Shown piece by piece: positions 46,897-56,634 of a stretch of 64,000 nt of DNA (positions are counted from its first letter, which is position 1; each line of letters starts with the position of its first letter). This DNA comes from Patescibacteria group bacterium. GTDB taxonomy: Bacteria; Patescibacteriota; Kazan-3B-28; UBA10110. The stretch covers positions 5,726 to 69,725 of the forward strand of contig JAFGPN010000004.1 of assembly GCA_016936175.1 (NCBI GenBank), in the 5' to 3' direction. The position numbers and the translations under genes are program-made. The notes beneath the pieces are model-generated. The model was not told the origin of the DNA. It did no database searches and saw only the letters and a list, made by a program, of their open reading frames with translations.

Positions 46897-47166
46897 CTAT
46901 GCCCACCTCCTTCTGGGTTTTTTCGGTTCTGACGGAACAAACAAGGTAGTCACAAACACAATTGCGGCTACAACACTAAAGATGGCTGGCAGGTCCAGGC
47001 AGAACACCACCAGCGTACCGACCAGGACAACTGCTCGCAACAGACCGACCCTCGTTCTTCCACTGCCAAATGTGGAATAGTGAAATACGCCCCAGGCCGC
47101 TACGAGAAAGACAAAGGCTCTAAAAAGCCAGACAACCACCCATAATAGCTGATACTCTACTCCCAT
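46897..47166 (-). CDS. small hypothetical membrane protein
   Basis: 89 aa with 3 hydrophobic helices. Its stop abuts the start of the NUDIX gene. Confidence 0.45.
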   Translation of the reverse strand: MGVEYQLLWVVVWLFRAFVFLVAAWGVFHYSTFGSGRTRVGLLRAVVLVGTLVVFCLDLPAIFSVVAAIVFVTTLFVPSEPKKPRRRWA

Positions 47167-47265
47167 AGAGCAACACCTCCCGTAATCTTATCTAATGATG
47201 TCAAGGCTGGCTAACAGCACCGCCAGATAGCCCAAGATACCCCTAAAATCTGCCTCGGTCAACCC

Positions 47266-49053
47266 CTATAACAAGGCCTGGCCCTGCATGGTAAACAACC
47301 GGCGGTAGTAACCGCTCTTCTTCATTAATTCTTCGTGAGTTCCCTGCTCTAATATCTTTCCTTTGTCGAACACCACTATGCGATCAGCCCTTTTAACGGT
47401 GGAAAGCCGGTGAGCCACAATAATGGTGGTCCGGCCTTCGATTAGTTTCCACATCGCGTCCTGGATCTTTTTTTCGTTCTCGCTATCCAGCGCCGAGGTT
47501 GCCTCGTCCATTACAATGATCTTAGCATCTTTTAATATAGCCCGAGCGATGGCTAACCGCTGACGCTCACCCCCAGACAAACGGACACCCTTCTCCCCGA
47601 CCATAGTTTTAAATCGCTTCCGCAAAGAAACAATAAAATCAAACAGATTAGCGATCTTGGCCACTTCTGTCACCTGCTGATCAGTTGCGGCCGGTTTGCC
47701 GTATTTAATGTTATATCCGATCGTATTATTAAACACCGCCACATCCTGCATCACTGCCGAGATATGTTTGCGTAGGGAGCGCTGAGTTACATGTTTAATA
47801 TCTTGTCCATCAATCAACACTTGTCCCTTAACTGGATCGTAGAACCGCATTAACAACTTAACAAAAGTAGATTTGCCCACGCCAGAAGGCCCGACCAAGG
47901 CCACCACCTCGCGCGGCTCGATTCGCAGATTTAGATTTTTAAACACCACTTTCTCGCCCTTAAATTTTTTAGTGTTTTTGTAGCTAAAACCTACCTGCTT
48001 AAATTCTATGCCCCCCTCGCTAACCTTAATCGGCTCAGCCCCGAGTACATCTGTCACTTCGTCTTTGTAATCCCAAATTTTAAACAATCGCTGAATCGAC
48101 ACCATTCCTACCTGAATGCTGTCGTAGATCTGCATCACACTACCCAGCGGCCCTAACACTCTTCCTAAATAGGCAACAAACAAGATAAGATCGCCGATCA
48201 TTAACTTTCCCGTTAAAACTAAATAGCCACCGTAACCGTAAACCCACATATAACCTAAAACATAAACAAATTCGCGCAAAAAACCCGTTAATCGTAGCAG
48301 CCTTTCTTGGGTTTTACGCATGGATAATATTTTGGCTTGAGTAGCCTCTAAACGACTCAGTTCATAATCCTCACGAGAAAACTCTTTGATTAGCTGTTGA
48401 TGATAAAAGTTATCAATAATTAATCGGTGTTGTCTCTCCCACTGAGTTCTAAGCTTTTTCTGCCAAAAACGCATAATCCTGGCTCGCCAAATTGATATAA
48501 CCACATAGATCGGAGCCACAATCGCAAATACCAAAGACAGTGGTTTGCTAAACATAAACATCACCACCACCGCTATGGTAAAGTTAATAACCAAAGGGGT
48601 AATGCTGACCACCAAAGAGCGAACAATCCCAAATATCTCGCTAATACCCGAATTCATTCGCGCACTTAACATTCCTGGAGCTTTTTTCTCAAAAAATCCA
48701 ACCGACATCGACAGAATCCGCCCCAGACTTTTTTTAGTTAGCAAGAGATTAGAGCGCACTCCGGTGATGGCGTCCAGGTAAAACCGAACTTGTCCGATCA
48801 ATCCGCTATTAATAAGATCGATGGCAAAATAAATACCAATCAGCCAAAATAAAATCTCTGTCTTCGACTTATCGCCCAAATAACGGGCAAACAGCTCACT
48901 AAGATTTTGGCTGGTTAAAAAGTTAACTATCTCGCGATACAACCACGGCGTCGCCATCTCCAATAACGACCCAATGATGGCCAACAACAAAATCACCAGC
49001 AAAACGGGATGTAGCGGCTTAGTCTCTACAAAAAGTCGTTTAAAATCTTTCAC
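47266..49053 (-). CDS. ABC transporter, fused permease/ATPase (MsbA-like exporter)
   Basis: 595 aa with a 6-TM N-terminal domain, Walker A GPSGVGKST, signature LSGGERQR and Walker B IIVMDEATS. Confidence 0.88.
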   Translation of the reverse strand: MKDFKRLFVETKPLHPVLLVILLLAIIGSLLEMATPWLYREIVNFLTSQNLSELFARYLGDKSKTEILFWLIGIYFAIDLINSGLIGQVRFYLDAITGVRSNLLLTKKSLGRILSMSVGFFEKKAPGMLSARMNSGISEIFGIVRSLVVSITPLVINFTIAVVVMFMFSKPLSLVFAIVAPIYVVISIWRARIMRFWQKKLRTQWERQHRLIIDNFYHQQLIKEFSREDYELSRLEATQAKILSMRKTQERLLRLTGFLREFVYVLGYMWVYGYGGYLVLTGKLMIGDLILFVAYLGRVLGPLGSVMQIYDSIQVGMVSIQRLFKIWDYKDEVTDVLGAEPIKVSEGGIEFKQVGFSYKNTKKFKGEKVVFKNLNLRIEPREVVALVGPSGVGKSTFVKLLMRFYDPVKGQVLIDGQDIKHVTQRSLRKHISAVMQDVAVFNNTIGYNIKYGKPAATDQQVTEVAKIANLFDFIVSLRKRFKTMVGEKGVRLSGGERQRLAIARAILKDAKIIVMDEATSALDSENEKKIQDAMWKLIEGRTTIIVAHRLSTVKRADRIVVFDKGKILEQGTHEELMKKSGYYRRLFTMQGQALL

Positions 49054-49297
49054 CCCGTTTGAAAACTATTAATATAGCTAATAACATTTTTACTATTTAA
49101 TTTTGGTCTATCCCGTTATTAGATAATCAATTCGGAAAAATAATTACTAAGTAATTATTTTTGCCACAGGCCTCTAACGGGGTTCATAGTGGTACAACAC
49201 CATTCTAAACTCGCCACGATTTTTGACAATCGCGACAACAGCGCACCGATGTGCTATAATATTTATGTAAGCGGCTGACTGGCCGCTATTCTTGTGC

Positions 49298-49972
49298 TCA
49301 AAACAAACTCGGCAATTGCTTCGATAACTCCCTAATCGTTGCGAAGTGGTAGTCGGCGCCGGTTCGCATTGGACCATTTACAAGTGCTGTAGTTGCTCCG
49401 GCCGCCTTACCTGATGCAATACCCTGCAGGGTATCTTCCACCACCAATAACTCGCCCGGGGCCACCCCCAACAGCTCCGCTGCTTTTAGGTACACATCCG
49501 GCGCCGGCTTAGGTTCTCCCACATCCGAATAAGAGACAAAGTTGTCCGCCCGAGCGATTAGCTCGTCCCACCGATACCAGTCCCGATTCGTTTCTACTGC
49601 CCGTCGGCTAGCGTTAGTCACTACCGCGGTCGGCACTTGATGTGACCGACACCAATCCAGCAACTCCACCGCACCGGGAAAGATCGAAGCGCTAACAGAT
49701 TGACGCAACTTGCTCGCCTGCTCAATTACTTTTATTACGATCGCTTCTACCTCGGCGGTGGTGGGTGGATGTCCCCAAATTACATTCATTACATCGGACA
49801 CCCCTTGCCGAGTAGTTTTGCCGAAGTAGTGTTGATCGTACTCCTCTTTGGTTAGATCGTAATCAAACTCTTGTTTAACCACCAACGCCATCACCCGACG
49901 ATAAAACGGCTCCGTATTAATTAACGTGCCGTCCAAATCAAAAGCGATAGCCTTAAACACCTTACCCACCAC
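49298..49972 (-). CDS. HAD-superfamily hydrolase (beta-phosphoglucomutase-like)
   Basis: 224 aa with motif I FDLDGTLINTE. Confidence 0.8.
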   Translation of the reverse strand: MVGKVFKAIAFDLDGTLINTEPFYRRVMALVVKQEFDYDLTKEEYDQHYFGKTTRQGVSDVMNVIWGHPPTTAEVEAIVIKVIEQASKLRQSVSASIFPGAVELLDWCRSHQVPTAVVTNASRRAVETNRDWYRWDELIARADNFVSYSDVGEPKPAPDVYLKAAELLGVAPGELLVVEDTLQGIASGKAAGATTALVNGPMRTGADYHFATIRELSKQLPSLF

Positions 49973-49973
49973 C

Positions 49974-51059
49974 CTATTGTAACAGCTCGTCGGCTATCCG
50001 CTCGGCGGCTAGAGGATAAGCTAATTCACGAATATTAAAAGCCAGCCGTTTGCCCATATCCGAGTGGACTACCCGAGCTATTCTCTCTACTAAAACGGTC
50101 GGCGTAGCTTCCGATTGTAACAATAGCGCGGCCGCCCCCTTATCGGACAGGTATTTGGCGTTAGCGTACTGATGATCGTTGGCAGAATTGGGTAGTGGAA
50201 TAAGAATTGCTGGCCGACCGGTAGCCGCAATTTCAAAAGCCGCCGTGGCGCCAGCCCGCGAGATAATCACCGCCGCTCGCTTCATCAACGAAGCCATCTG
50301 AACGTTAGGAATAGAATCAATCGGATGATAGTCTTGGCCAAAATCACTGCTGGCCTTCCAGCTCTGCAGGCCAGCATAATCAGCCGACCCCGTTTGATGA
50401 ACCACCTGATAATTAGACAATAACTGTGGCAAGCTATTCTGAATCAGCTGATTTATCGCATGCGCTCCCTGCGACCCGCCGGTAACAAAAACCATCGGTT
50501 TTTTATCGTTAATCGGCAGGGGAATCTCTCCTATAGCTCGATTGTAAAACACTTCATTAATCGGTACCCCAGTAAATATCAATTTGGACAATATTTTTCT
50601 ATTATTCTCGTAGGCTTCGAGCGGAAACGATACGCAGATCTTACTAGCCAAGGGGGCTAGAATTCGATTTGCCACCCCCATTACTGTGTCCGATTCGTGC
50701 AAGATTAACCTCCGACCTAACACCAACGCCGCCAATCCTACCGGAACCCCCACATAACCGCCCTTAATTAACACCCGCTCTGGCCAGAAAAATATCACTA
50801 CAAACAAGGCGGTAATAAACCCCCCTATGGTTACAAAGATATCCACTAAATTTCTTAAATCAAAATATCGGCGCCACTTTCCGGCTGGCACACCTATAAA
50901 CTTAATCCCGGCCTCGGTTACCAACTGACGGTCACTACCCTTGAGTGAGCCGACATAAAGCAACTGAGCTTTAGGCTCTTTTTTTAGGATTTCCTGCGCG
51001 ATCGATAGCGCCGGTAAAACGTGCCCAGATGTTCCACCACCAACTAAAAGGATCTTCAT
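49974..51059 (-). CDS. murG: undecaprenyldiphospho-muramoylpentapeptide beta-N-acetylglucosaminyltransferase
   Basis: MKILLVGGGTSGHVLPALSIA at the N-terminus and the GGSQGA motif. The start was moved to ATG 51059. Confidence 0.9.
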   Translation of the reverse strand: MKILLVGGGTSGHVLPALSIAQEILKKEPKAQLLYVGSLKGSDRQLVTEAGIKFIGVPAGKWRRYFDLRNLVDIFVTIGGFITALFVVIFFWPERVLIKGGYVGVPVGLAALVLGRRLILHESDTVMGVANRILAPLASKICVSFPLEAYENNRKILSKLIFTGVPINEVFYNRAIGEIPLPINDKKPMVFVTGGSQGAHAINQLIQNSLPQLLSNYQVVHQTGSADYAGLQSWKASSDFGQDYHPIDSIPNVQMASLMKRAAVIISRAGATAAFEIAATGRPAILIPLPNSANDHQYANAKYLSDKGAAALLLQSEATPTVLVERIARVVHSDMGKRLAFNIRELAYPLAAERIADELLQ

Positions 51060-52167
51060 CGCTTTTATCTTGAGTCGTTTGTCTCGAAACATTCAATAAT
51101 ACACCAGAAGCTATCATAACAAACATTAGCGAGGTTCCTCCCTGGCTAACAAACGGCAGGGGTACCCCTGTCAACGGCAGTAACCCCGAGATAGCACCAA
51201 TATTGATTACCGCCTGAAGACCTATCCATACCGTGATGCCAAGGGCAATTAATCGCCCAAACACATCAGGAGCGGTTTTGGCCACCTTAAGTCCCCTCCA
51301 AACCACGATTGACAGGGGTAGAATAACCAACAACAACACTCCGATTAACCCTAACTCCTCACCAATTACCGCAAAGATCGAATCCGATGAGGCCTCGGGT
51401 AAGAAATCAAACTTCTGCCGACTGTGACCAAACCCTAAGCCCAGTATCCCCCCCGAACCCAGCGCAATTAAAGCCTGAGTGATATGGTACCCGGCCCCTA
51501 ACGGGTCCCGTTCGGGATTAAGAAAGGTGAGTAAACGAGCTAATCGGTACGGCGCCGCTTTGATTAGGGCCCAGACCAAGGCCACACCCCCAACGATAAT
51601 AGTAAGAACATGGCTTAGGTTAGCTCCAGCCGCAAAATAAAGCGCCAGAGCAATACCAGATACCACTATCGCCGTACCCATATCCGGCTCGGCCATAACT
51701 AAGGCACCAATTGCACCCATCAGTATCACAAACGGAATAAAGGTAGAATACAAACCTCGCATTCTCGAACCTTTCCGCTCAAACCAATAGGCCAGATAGA
51801 TGATTAGGGCAATCTTTAGAGGCTCGGTTACCTGCAGGGTAAGATCCCCCGCCCCAATCCATCGACGCGATCCACCAGCCGAAAAACCGAGACCCGGGAT
51901 AAACACCAATAACAGCAGAGCTATCGATAGCCCTAGGCCGATAGTAGCAACTGGTCGAAACCGATGATAATCAAATCTTTGAATAAAAAACCAAATCACT
52001 AATCCGATTAGCGCAAAAACTAACTGACGGAAAAAGTAGTAAGTATTACTGCCAGTTGCTTGATACGACTCTACTACCGAGGCAGATGAAACCATCAGCA
52101 AGCCAAACCCCACCAAAAACAAGGTGGCAAGAATCAACCATGGATCAGGCGCGTGATAGCGTCGCAT
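50971..52167 (-). CDS. ftsW: SEDS-family peptidoglycan polymerase FtsW/RodA
   Basis: 398 aa with 10 TM helices and PEASSDSIFAVIGEELG and PFVSQGGTS motifs. The 3' tail overlaps murG by 89 nt in another frame. Confidence 0.88.
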   Translation of the reverse strand: MRRYHAPDPWLILATLFLVGFGLLMVSSASVVESYQATGSNTYYFFRQLVFALIGLVIWFFIQRFDYHRFRPVATIGLGLSIALLLLVFIPGLGFSAGGSRRWIGAGDLTLQVTEPLKIALIIYLAYWFERKGSRMRGLYSTFIPFVILMGAIGALVMAEPDMGTAIVVSGIALALYFAAGANLSHVLTIIVGGVALVWALIKAAPYRLARLLTFLNPERDPLGAGYHITQALIALGSGGILGLGFGHSRQKFDFLPEASSDSIFAVIGEELGLIGVLLLVILPLSIVVWRGLKVAKTAPDVFGRLIALGITVWIGLQAVINIGAISGLLPLTGVPLPFVSQGGTSLMFVMIASGVLLNVSRQTTQDKSDEDPFSWWWNIWARFTGAIDRAGNPKKRA

Positions 52168-52208
52168 AAATTAATTGAGATTAATTTACCTCGAGCGAAG
52201 TCGAGGGG

Positions 52209-53639
52209 TCACTCCATCTTATTATATTTTTTTATCAGCTCTTTAACTACTTGTTTAAATTGATCTCCGCGATCGTAGGCATCCTTGAACATATCAAAAC
52301 TAGCAAACGCCGGGGCTAACAACACTGTGCCTTCGCTTTTAACATAGCGATAGGCTAGCTCAACCGCCGATGCCAAACTTTTGGCTGCCTTATACGGAGT
52401 ACGCACCTTAGCCGTCTTCAATTCTTTTGCTAACCTTTGGGTGCTTTTGCCAATCAACACAATCCCTCGGATTCGGCTATCATCTAAAGTCCGGGATAAC
52501 TCGCGCAGGTGTTCTCGTTTACTTGCTCCACCGATTATTATCGCTAACTGTCCCGGAATAGTGGCAATCGCCGCTAGAGCTGCCACTGGGGTGGTAGCCG
52601 CCGAATCATCTATAAACCGAGTCTTTCCTAAGACCCCGGCTAACTCTAAGCGATGAGGCAGACCTTTAAATTTACTTAGCCGCCTAACAATGACAGTCGG
52701 TTTTAACCCCACTATCAACACAGCACTCAAGGCGGCCAAGGTGTTCTCTAAATTATGTCGGCCAGGTAATGGAATCTGTTGTCGGTGGCACAAAACCACT
52801 CGCCGGCGAGTTTTGGGGTTTCGATAGATTACCTCATCACCAGCTAAGTAAAGACCTTTGGGCAAGATTTTACGGATGGAGTAAGAAAACTTTTTCCCAG
52901 CCGCTCGATGCAACGCTTCTCGAGTTATCGGGTAATCCGAGCTGGCAATCAGCCAATCTTGTTTACTCTGGCGAGTAAATAGATTGCTTTTGGCTTCCCA
53001 ATATCGCTTAAACTGCTTGTGGCGATCAAGATGCTCCGGCGATACATCCAGCATCACCGCCACATCCGGGCTAATAATTATGTCTTCCAGTTGAAAGCTA
53101 GAGAGCTCTAATATCACCCAGTCTTTTTTGGTCAACTTGGGCAATAACTTAAGTGGTGGCGAACCAATGTTGCCACCTAAATAAACTCGGCCCGGTAACT
53201 GCCCCGTCAATAGATGATGGATCAATTTGACTGTGGTGCTTTTGCCCTTAGTGCCAGTAACACCAATTATCTTGGCTGGGCACAGCTCAAAAAATATCTG
53301 CGTTAGAGAGCTCATTACCACCCCTCGTCGTCGGGCCTTTTTCAGCTGGGGCAGATCTAAAGGCACGCCTGGACTACGAAACAAAATATCTAATTCCCCC
53401 ACTTGATCGAGATAGGTTTTGCCCAAAAACAGCTCGGAGGTTAACCTTTTAAACCGACGGAGTAACTTTGGTTCTATATCCGATATCGGCTTACTGTCTA
53501 ACCCGATCGGTCTTAATCCAGCCGCATTCAAAAACTCGAGAACATCTAATCCCTCTCGCCCTAACCCCAACACCCCCACGCGATATGCCGGCTTAGTCGC
53601 TATTGTCATACCTGAATTATACCAAGTTAATCCAATCAC
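52209..53639 (-). CDS. murD: UDP-N-acetylmuramoylalanine--D-glutamate ligase
   Basis: 476 aa with a Rossmann-type N-terminus (VGVLGLGREG) and P-loop GVTGTKGKSTT. The true start may be ATG 53609. Confidence 0.9.
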   Translation of the reverse strand: MIGLTWYNSGMTIATKPAYRVGVLGLGREGLDVLEFLNAAGLRPIGLDSKPISDIEPKLLRRFKRLTSELFLGKTYLDQVGELDILFRSPGVPLDLPQLKKARRRGVVMSSLTQIFFELCPAKIIGVTGTKGKSTTVKLIHHLLTGQLPGRVYLGGNIGSPPLKLLPKLTKKDWVILELSSFQLEDIIISPDVAVMLDVSPEHLDRHKQFKRYWEAKSNLFTRQSKQDWLIASSDYPITREALHRAAGKKFSYSIRKILPKGLYLAGDEVIYRNPKTRRRVVLCHRQQIPLPGRHNLENTLAALSAVLIVGLKPTVIVRRLSKFKGLPHRLELAGVLGKTRFIDDSAATTPVAALAAIATIPGQLAIIIGGASKREHLRELSRTLDDSRIRGIVLIGKSTQRLAKELKTAKVRTPYKAAKSLASAVELAYRYVKSEGTVLLAPAFASFDMFKDAYDRGDQFKQVVKELIKKYNKME

Positions 53640-53640
53640 T

Positions 53641-53857
53641 CCCCCGCCATCGGATGATTTGTGCCCTATCCCATGTAGCCAATTGCGCTGTTTCCCCCGC
53701 CATTGGAGCTTGAGTGTTCTGAGCCCAACAAATCACTGTCGCGAAGCCCGTTGTCTGTTAGGGCGAGAGCGGTAAGGTGATTTGTTGAGGCGAATAGCGA
53801 GAGCGACTGGCGGCCGGTTTGGCGCCACCGTTTGCCGGGACAAATGGTGGCAAAAAA
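53641..53857 (+). repeat. structured intergenic element, mosaic copy E
   Basis: It shares cccccgccatcgg and gactggcggccggtttgg with copy D, and gccattggagc.gagtgt.c with the region upstream of copy A. Its 3' hairpin, gccaccgtttg-ccggga-caaatggtggc, is 1 bp shorter on both arms. Confidence 0.7.
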
Positions 53858-53879
53858 GATAATAAGCTAAAATTTCCGC

Positions 53880-53976
53880 CGGAGTTTATACTCGCTTGCG
53901 GGTGCAGGAATGACAAATCAATTTTTATGTCTGGATCCCCGTCTCCACGGGGATGACGACGCAGGGTAAACGTCGT
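53880..53976. repeat. cluster of short palindromic hairpin units
   Basis: The units are gcaggaatgacaa, tctggatccccgtctccacggggatgacg and acgacg-cagggtaaa-cgtcgt. Confidence 0.75.
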
Positions 53977-55025
53977 TAATTGGGGCCAGCGCCAATAATC
54001 CCGATAATCACACCCATAACGGCGGCTAACGCGCCAATAATCCAAAACCTCATCGTTACCTTGGTCTCTGGCCATCCCAGCGCCTCAAAATGATGATGCA
54101 GAGGGGCAATCAAAAATAATTTTCGTTTTAAAACCTTGCGATAGAACATCTGCAGTAGCACCGATATGGTCTCCACCATCGGCACAAACGCTATTAACGG
54201 CAATATAGCAACCCCCACATTATTTTTTAGTAGCATCGCCACTACCCCCAAAGTCGCCCCCATTGAGAGAGCATAGGTGTCCCCACCAAAAAACCTGGCC
54301 GGATAGACATTAAACCAGAGGTAAGCGATTAGCGCCCCCACTATCGAAACGCAGAAGATGGCCAAGCTAACCTGATCGTTCATAAACGCTAGCGCGCCGT
54401 AAGCGCTAAAAGCGATTGCCAACAACCCGCCCGATAGACCATCCAGACCATCCGTAATGTTAACTGCATTGGTAACCGCTAAAATTACAAAGATAAACAA
54501 GGGGATATACCACCAACCAATCAGAATGTCACCATAAGCCGGGATATGGACACTGTTCATCCCTAATTTAGAAAAAAACCACCACGCTCCTAGCGCCGCA
54601 ATCAAAAACAACCAGACCATTTTGTGGCGCGCTCGCACACCTTTAATGCCTCCAACTCCCCGGATGTTAAACCAATCATCAACTGCCCCTAAAATTCCCA
54701 CCGCCACCATCGCGAACAACGGCAAGTAAGTCTGCGAGCGAGTAAAGTTAAACACCAGCGTAATCAGCGCCACCACTCCCCAAACTAACGGACCAGCTAA
54801 TGTGGGAATATGGCGTTGATGTTTCTCCCCATGTAATTTCTGAAACACAGTGGCATAACTACCATATAAAGTCTCCTCTTTGGCTTGTTTCCAAAACTTA
54901 AACCGATACAGCACCGTTGTCCACAAGGGGGTTAAAAACATCGCCAATAAAAACGATATCGTTCCCACGATCATTACTCTCAGCAGATCCCCTTGTTCGG
55001 TAACTATCTTGGTAATATCATCCAT
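53976..55025 (-). CDS. mraY: phospho-N-acetylmuramoyl-pentapeptide transferase
   Basis: 349 aa, multi-TM, with NAVNITDGLDGL and APLHHHFE motifs. Confidence 0.92.
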   Translation of the reverse strand: MDDITKIVTEQGDLLRVMIVGTISFLLAMFLTPLWTTVLYRFKFWKQAKEETLYGSYATVFQKLHGEKHQRHIPTLAGPLVWGVVALITLVFNFTRSQTYLPLFAMVAVGILGAVDDWFNIRGVGGIKGVRARHKMVWLFLIAALGAWWFFSKLGMNSVHIPAYGDILIGWWYIPLFIFVILAVTNAVNITDGLDGLSGGLLAIAFSAYGALAFMNDQVSLAIFCVSIVGALIAYLWFNVYPARFFGGDTYALSMGATLGVVAMLLKNNVGVAILPLIAFVPMVETISVLLQMFYRKVLKRKLFLIAPLHHHFEALGWPETKVTMRFWIIGALAAVMGVIIGIIGAGPN

Positions 55026-55030
55026 ACTGT

Positions 55031-55260
55031 TTTGAAAATTATTTATGGTGTCATGCTGAATTTATTTCAGCATCTGGATCCTGAATGAGTTATTTTATAT
55101 GGCCTACGGCAGTAAAGTGTCTCCAGGATGACAAGTGGTAAGTGTGGGGTGTCATCCTGAACGTAGTGAAGGATCTAGTTCCGGCTCACCGGAACGCTAC
55201 GCTAGATTCTTCGGCTAATTGCCTCAGAATGACATGCTTTTATCCGATAAATGCTAACCG
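55031..55260. repeat. cluster of short palindromic hairpin units filling the murF-mraY gap
   Basis: The units are gtcatgctgaa-tttat-ttcagcatc, ggatcctgaa...ccaggatgac, gtcatcctgaacgtagtgaaggatc and gattcttcgg...ctcagaatgac. Confidence 0.8.
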
Positions 55261-56529
55261 CTATTCTCTCGCCAGCTCCGCCGGCGTGTATTTTTCCTTT
55301 ATCAGATTGGCTATTTTATCCAAATGCACCGCGCGGGATCCTTTGACCAGAATAATATCATTATCCTGCAAATAGGCAAAAACTGCATCCGGCTCGGTGA
55401 TGGTAATCACTTGGTTTAAACCAGAGGAGCTAGCCGCCGCGCCGATTAGCTGACCGCCCTCTCCTACTACCATTAACAGATCGACGGTTTTGGCGGCCGT
55501 TGCCCCCACTTCGCGGTGGCCTTTCTCACAAGCGGTGCCCAACTCTCGCATATCGCCCAGAATCGCCACTCGCCTTCTCCCACCAGACAATCGACTTAGG
55601 CTCCTAAGCGCCGCCAGCATTGAAGTAGGGTTGGCGTTATAGGTATCATCGATTAACGTCAGCCCACTCAACTCTATCCGCTCAAACCGACCAGTGGCCG
55701 AGCGGTAACTAGCCAGCGACTTGGCACTATCATTTATATCTACACCAAAATAATCTGCCACCACTACAGCCACCAAAGCACTGTAAACAAACTGCTCGCC
55801 ATAGACAGGCATATTAACTTGGATGGTTTTGCCTCGATAGTTAATATCAAAATGCAGACCACTGCTACTCAAGGCAATATTAGAAGCCGTCGCATCGGCG
55901 TCACCGTTTAAACCAACCAGCACCTTTTTGGCGGCAGTCTTTTTGGCAATCAGATTGGTCAGTTCATCATCCCGATTTAAAATGGCCAAACCATTTGACC
56001 TGACCCCAGCAATTAACTTACCCTTCTCATCGGCTAACTCGGATTTACTGCCAAAGAACTCTAGATGGACATCACCAATATTAGTCAGCACCCCAATCTC
56101 TGGATATAACCACTGCATAAAATAAGCTATGTCACCTGGTCTATCCGCCGCCAGTTCTAACACCAAGATCTGTGGATAATCAGCCCGCTTAATTAATTTA
56201 CCGAGTGCCACCCCAGTTAATCGACCAACATCCCTTATAGTTAATTTAGTTTTATCATCCACCACCGTTCCAACAAAAGCCGGGTCAATAATTGTCGCCG
56301 CCACACCAAATTCGGTGTTAAGGTTGCCCGAGGTATAAGCTACCACCACATTGCGTTCCTTAAGGTTGCTATTTAGCACTAACGCAACAGCATCTTTGGC
56401 GCTGGTTTTACCAGTACTACCAGTAATGGCTACAATTCTTGGGTTGTATTTATTAAGTATCCGAGCCGCCCACCACCATAACCAAGTTTTTAGAAATCGC
56501 TTTAGCATATTATTGTTATGTTCATACAT
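55261..56529 (-). CDS. murF: UDP-N-acetylmuramoyl-tripeptide--D-alanyl-D-alanine ligase
   Basis: 422 aa with P-loop ITGSTGKTSAKD and a Mur ligase C-terminal domain. Confidence 0.9.
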   Translation of the reverse strand: MYEHNNNMLKRFLKTWLWWWAARILNKYNPRIVAITGSTGKTSAKDAVALVLNSNLKERNVVVAYTSGNLNTEFGVAATIIDPAFVGTVVDDKTKLTIRDVGRLTGVALGKLIKRADYPQILVLELAADRPGDIAYFMQWLYPEIGVLTNIGDVHLEFFGSKSELADEKGKLIAGVRSNGLAILNRDDELTNLIAKKTAAKKVLVGLNGDADATASNIALSSSGLHFDINYRGKTIQVNMPVYGEQFVYSALVAVVVADYFGVDINDSAKSLASYRSATGRFERIELSGLTLIDDTYNANPTSMLAALRSLSRLSGGRRRVAILGDMRELGTACEKGHREVGATAAKTVDLLMVVGEGGQLIGAAASSSGLNQVITITEPDAVFAYLQDNDIILVKGSRAVHLDKIANLIKEKYTPAELARE

Positions 56530-56634
56530 GTCATCCTGAACGTTTTTATGTCATGCTCGAATCTGCTGGACAGCAAACGAAGCATCTATGGATTATTCTC
56601 CTGCTATTCAGCAGAATCAGAATGACCAAGGGGG
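56530..56634. repeat. cluster of short palindromic hairpin units filling the ftsI-murF gap
   Basis: The units are gtcatcctgaacg..., gtcatgctcgaatctgctgg... and attctcctgctattcagcagaatcagaatgac. Confidence 0.75.

Noticed and set aside
53758-54075. 105-aa minus-strand ORF
   Set aside because: It overlaps the mraY 3' end in another frame and otherwise translates hairpin repeat units and copy E.
55031-55260. CRISPR array
   Set aside because: The repeats are palindromic units of variable sequence and irregular spacing. There are no unique spacers of constant length and no cas genes in the window.
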